A stretch of DNA of 35,792 nucleotides from a virus (lineage: Duplodnaviria > Caudoviricetes), in the IMG/VR virus record IMGVR_UViG_3300033406_000366, positions 1-35,792 of that record. One strand, given 5' to 3'. The position numbers were made by a program, and so were the translations under genes. The notes beneath the pieces are model-generated. The model worked only from the letters and a program-made list of their open reading frames with translations. It made no database searches and had not been told where the DNA came from. Shown here piece after piece: positions 35,196-35,792 of the stretch (within the stretch, counting starts at the first letter, position 1; each line of letters begins with the position of its first letter).

Positions 35196-35792
35196 ATGGA
35201 TCAAAACAAAACGCTGCGCGTCGGCCTGATCGCGGCGCTTATTCTTTTTCTGATCGGCTTTGCAGCCGGCGCGTTTTTCTGGGACCGATACGAGGCCGCC
35301 GGCCAGCGGTCCGCCCTGGTCGACGCGCTGAATAAGGCGCCGATCATAACGACGGTACAGGGCGCGACGGAAACGAAAACCGAGATCGCCTATGTCCCGA
35401 AGGAAATCATCAAGTACATTGACGCCAGCGGCCAGGAAGTCGCCGCGCCGGAAAAGACGGATCTGGACGTCCGGATCGCAAAACCGGACTTTATTGTCAA
35501 CGTCAACGGCCAGCAGCAAACATTCGCCAGGGCCGACAATGAAAACTATTTATTCGATAAAAACAAGATCCTTTTCGACCAGTCCAGCAAAATCATTATC
35601 ACGGTCGACGATAGCGCAATGATCGCCGCCCTGGCGAAAGCGCAGCAGAAACACTTTTCGGCCGGCGTCGATCGGATCGGCAGCAGCACGACGGCCGGCG
35701 TCGGTTATTCGCCAAACAATACGATCGACTATAAAATTCATAAAGAAATAGCCGGCGACAAAATCGGCGCCGGCCTTTGGATCCGTTTCTAA
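35196..35792 (+). CDS. Lysis-cassette membrane protein with N-terminal TM helix and C-terminal outer-membrane-type beta strands (candidate spanin analogue)
   Basis: Hydrophobic residues ~9-29, no Cys; C-terminus HFSAGV/TAGVGYS/IDYKIH/IGAGLWIRF ending in Phe. The CDS is well supported; the function is inferred. Confidence 0.6.
   Translation: MDQNKTLRVGLIAALILFLIGFAAGAFFWDRYEAAGQRSALVDALNKAPIITTVQGATETKTEIAYVPKEIIKYIDASGQEVAAPEKTDLDVRIAKPDFIVNVNGQQQTFARADNENYLFDKNKILFDQSSKIIITVDDSAMIAALAKAQQKHFSAGVDRIGSSTTAGVGYSPNNTIDYKIHKEIAGDKIGAGLWIRF

Larger units (their letters stand above)
47..35792. mobile_element. Temperate prophage (siphovirus-like) with attL in the tmRNA 3' end; right end beyond the window
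   Basis: Canonical gene order integrase-immunity-replication-packaging-head-tail-lysis, abutting the ssrA 3' end. No second att copy was seen. Confidence 0.95.

Noticed and set aside
35392-35622. Embedded Rz1-like o-spanin in the alternate frame of the last gene
   Set aside because: No hydrophobic signal peptide and no lipobox cysteine.

Overview
The window is most of a temperate siphovirus-type prophage inserted at the 3' end of a host tmRNA (ssrA) gene, which occupies 1-78. Left to right it holds: a large serine integrase; an ImmA/ImmR-like lysogeny switch with Cro and antirepressor; recombination and replication genes (ERF, SbcC-like ATPase, an initiator with an internal origin, G39P-like loader, SSB, MazG-like, RusA); a RinA/ArpU-like late activator; a tRNA-like element; packaging and head genes (TerS, TerL, portal, MuF with a metallopeptidase extension, scaffold, P22-like coat); a non-contractile tail with a frameshifted chaperone; an RcGTA/alphaproteobacterial-type tail tip; and a lysis cassette. 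The regulatory signals are Firmicutes-type, and the endolysin and tail tip suggest a diderm Firmicute (Negativicutes) host; this host call is inference. attR is not visible, so the prophage probably continues past the right edge. The most notable observations are: (1) a third lysis gene with an N-terminal membrane anchor and a YadA-anchor-like C-terminal beta region, a candidate lipoprotein-independent spanin; (2) strong one-strand depletion of CTC, GGTG and GATG across the core genome; (3) an unannotated tRNA-like RNA before the packaging genes; (4) an origin combining iterons, a perfect DnaA box and DnaA-trio-like repeats; (5) an integrase ORF that reads through attL into antisense tmRNA; (6) a MuF toxin/immunity-like pair. 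All protein family calls come from motif recognition by eye, not database searches, and all counts are manual and approximate.
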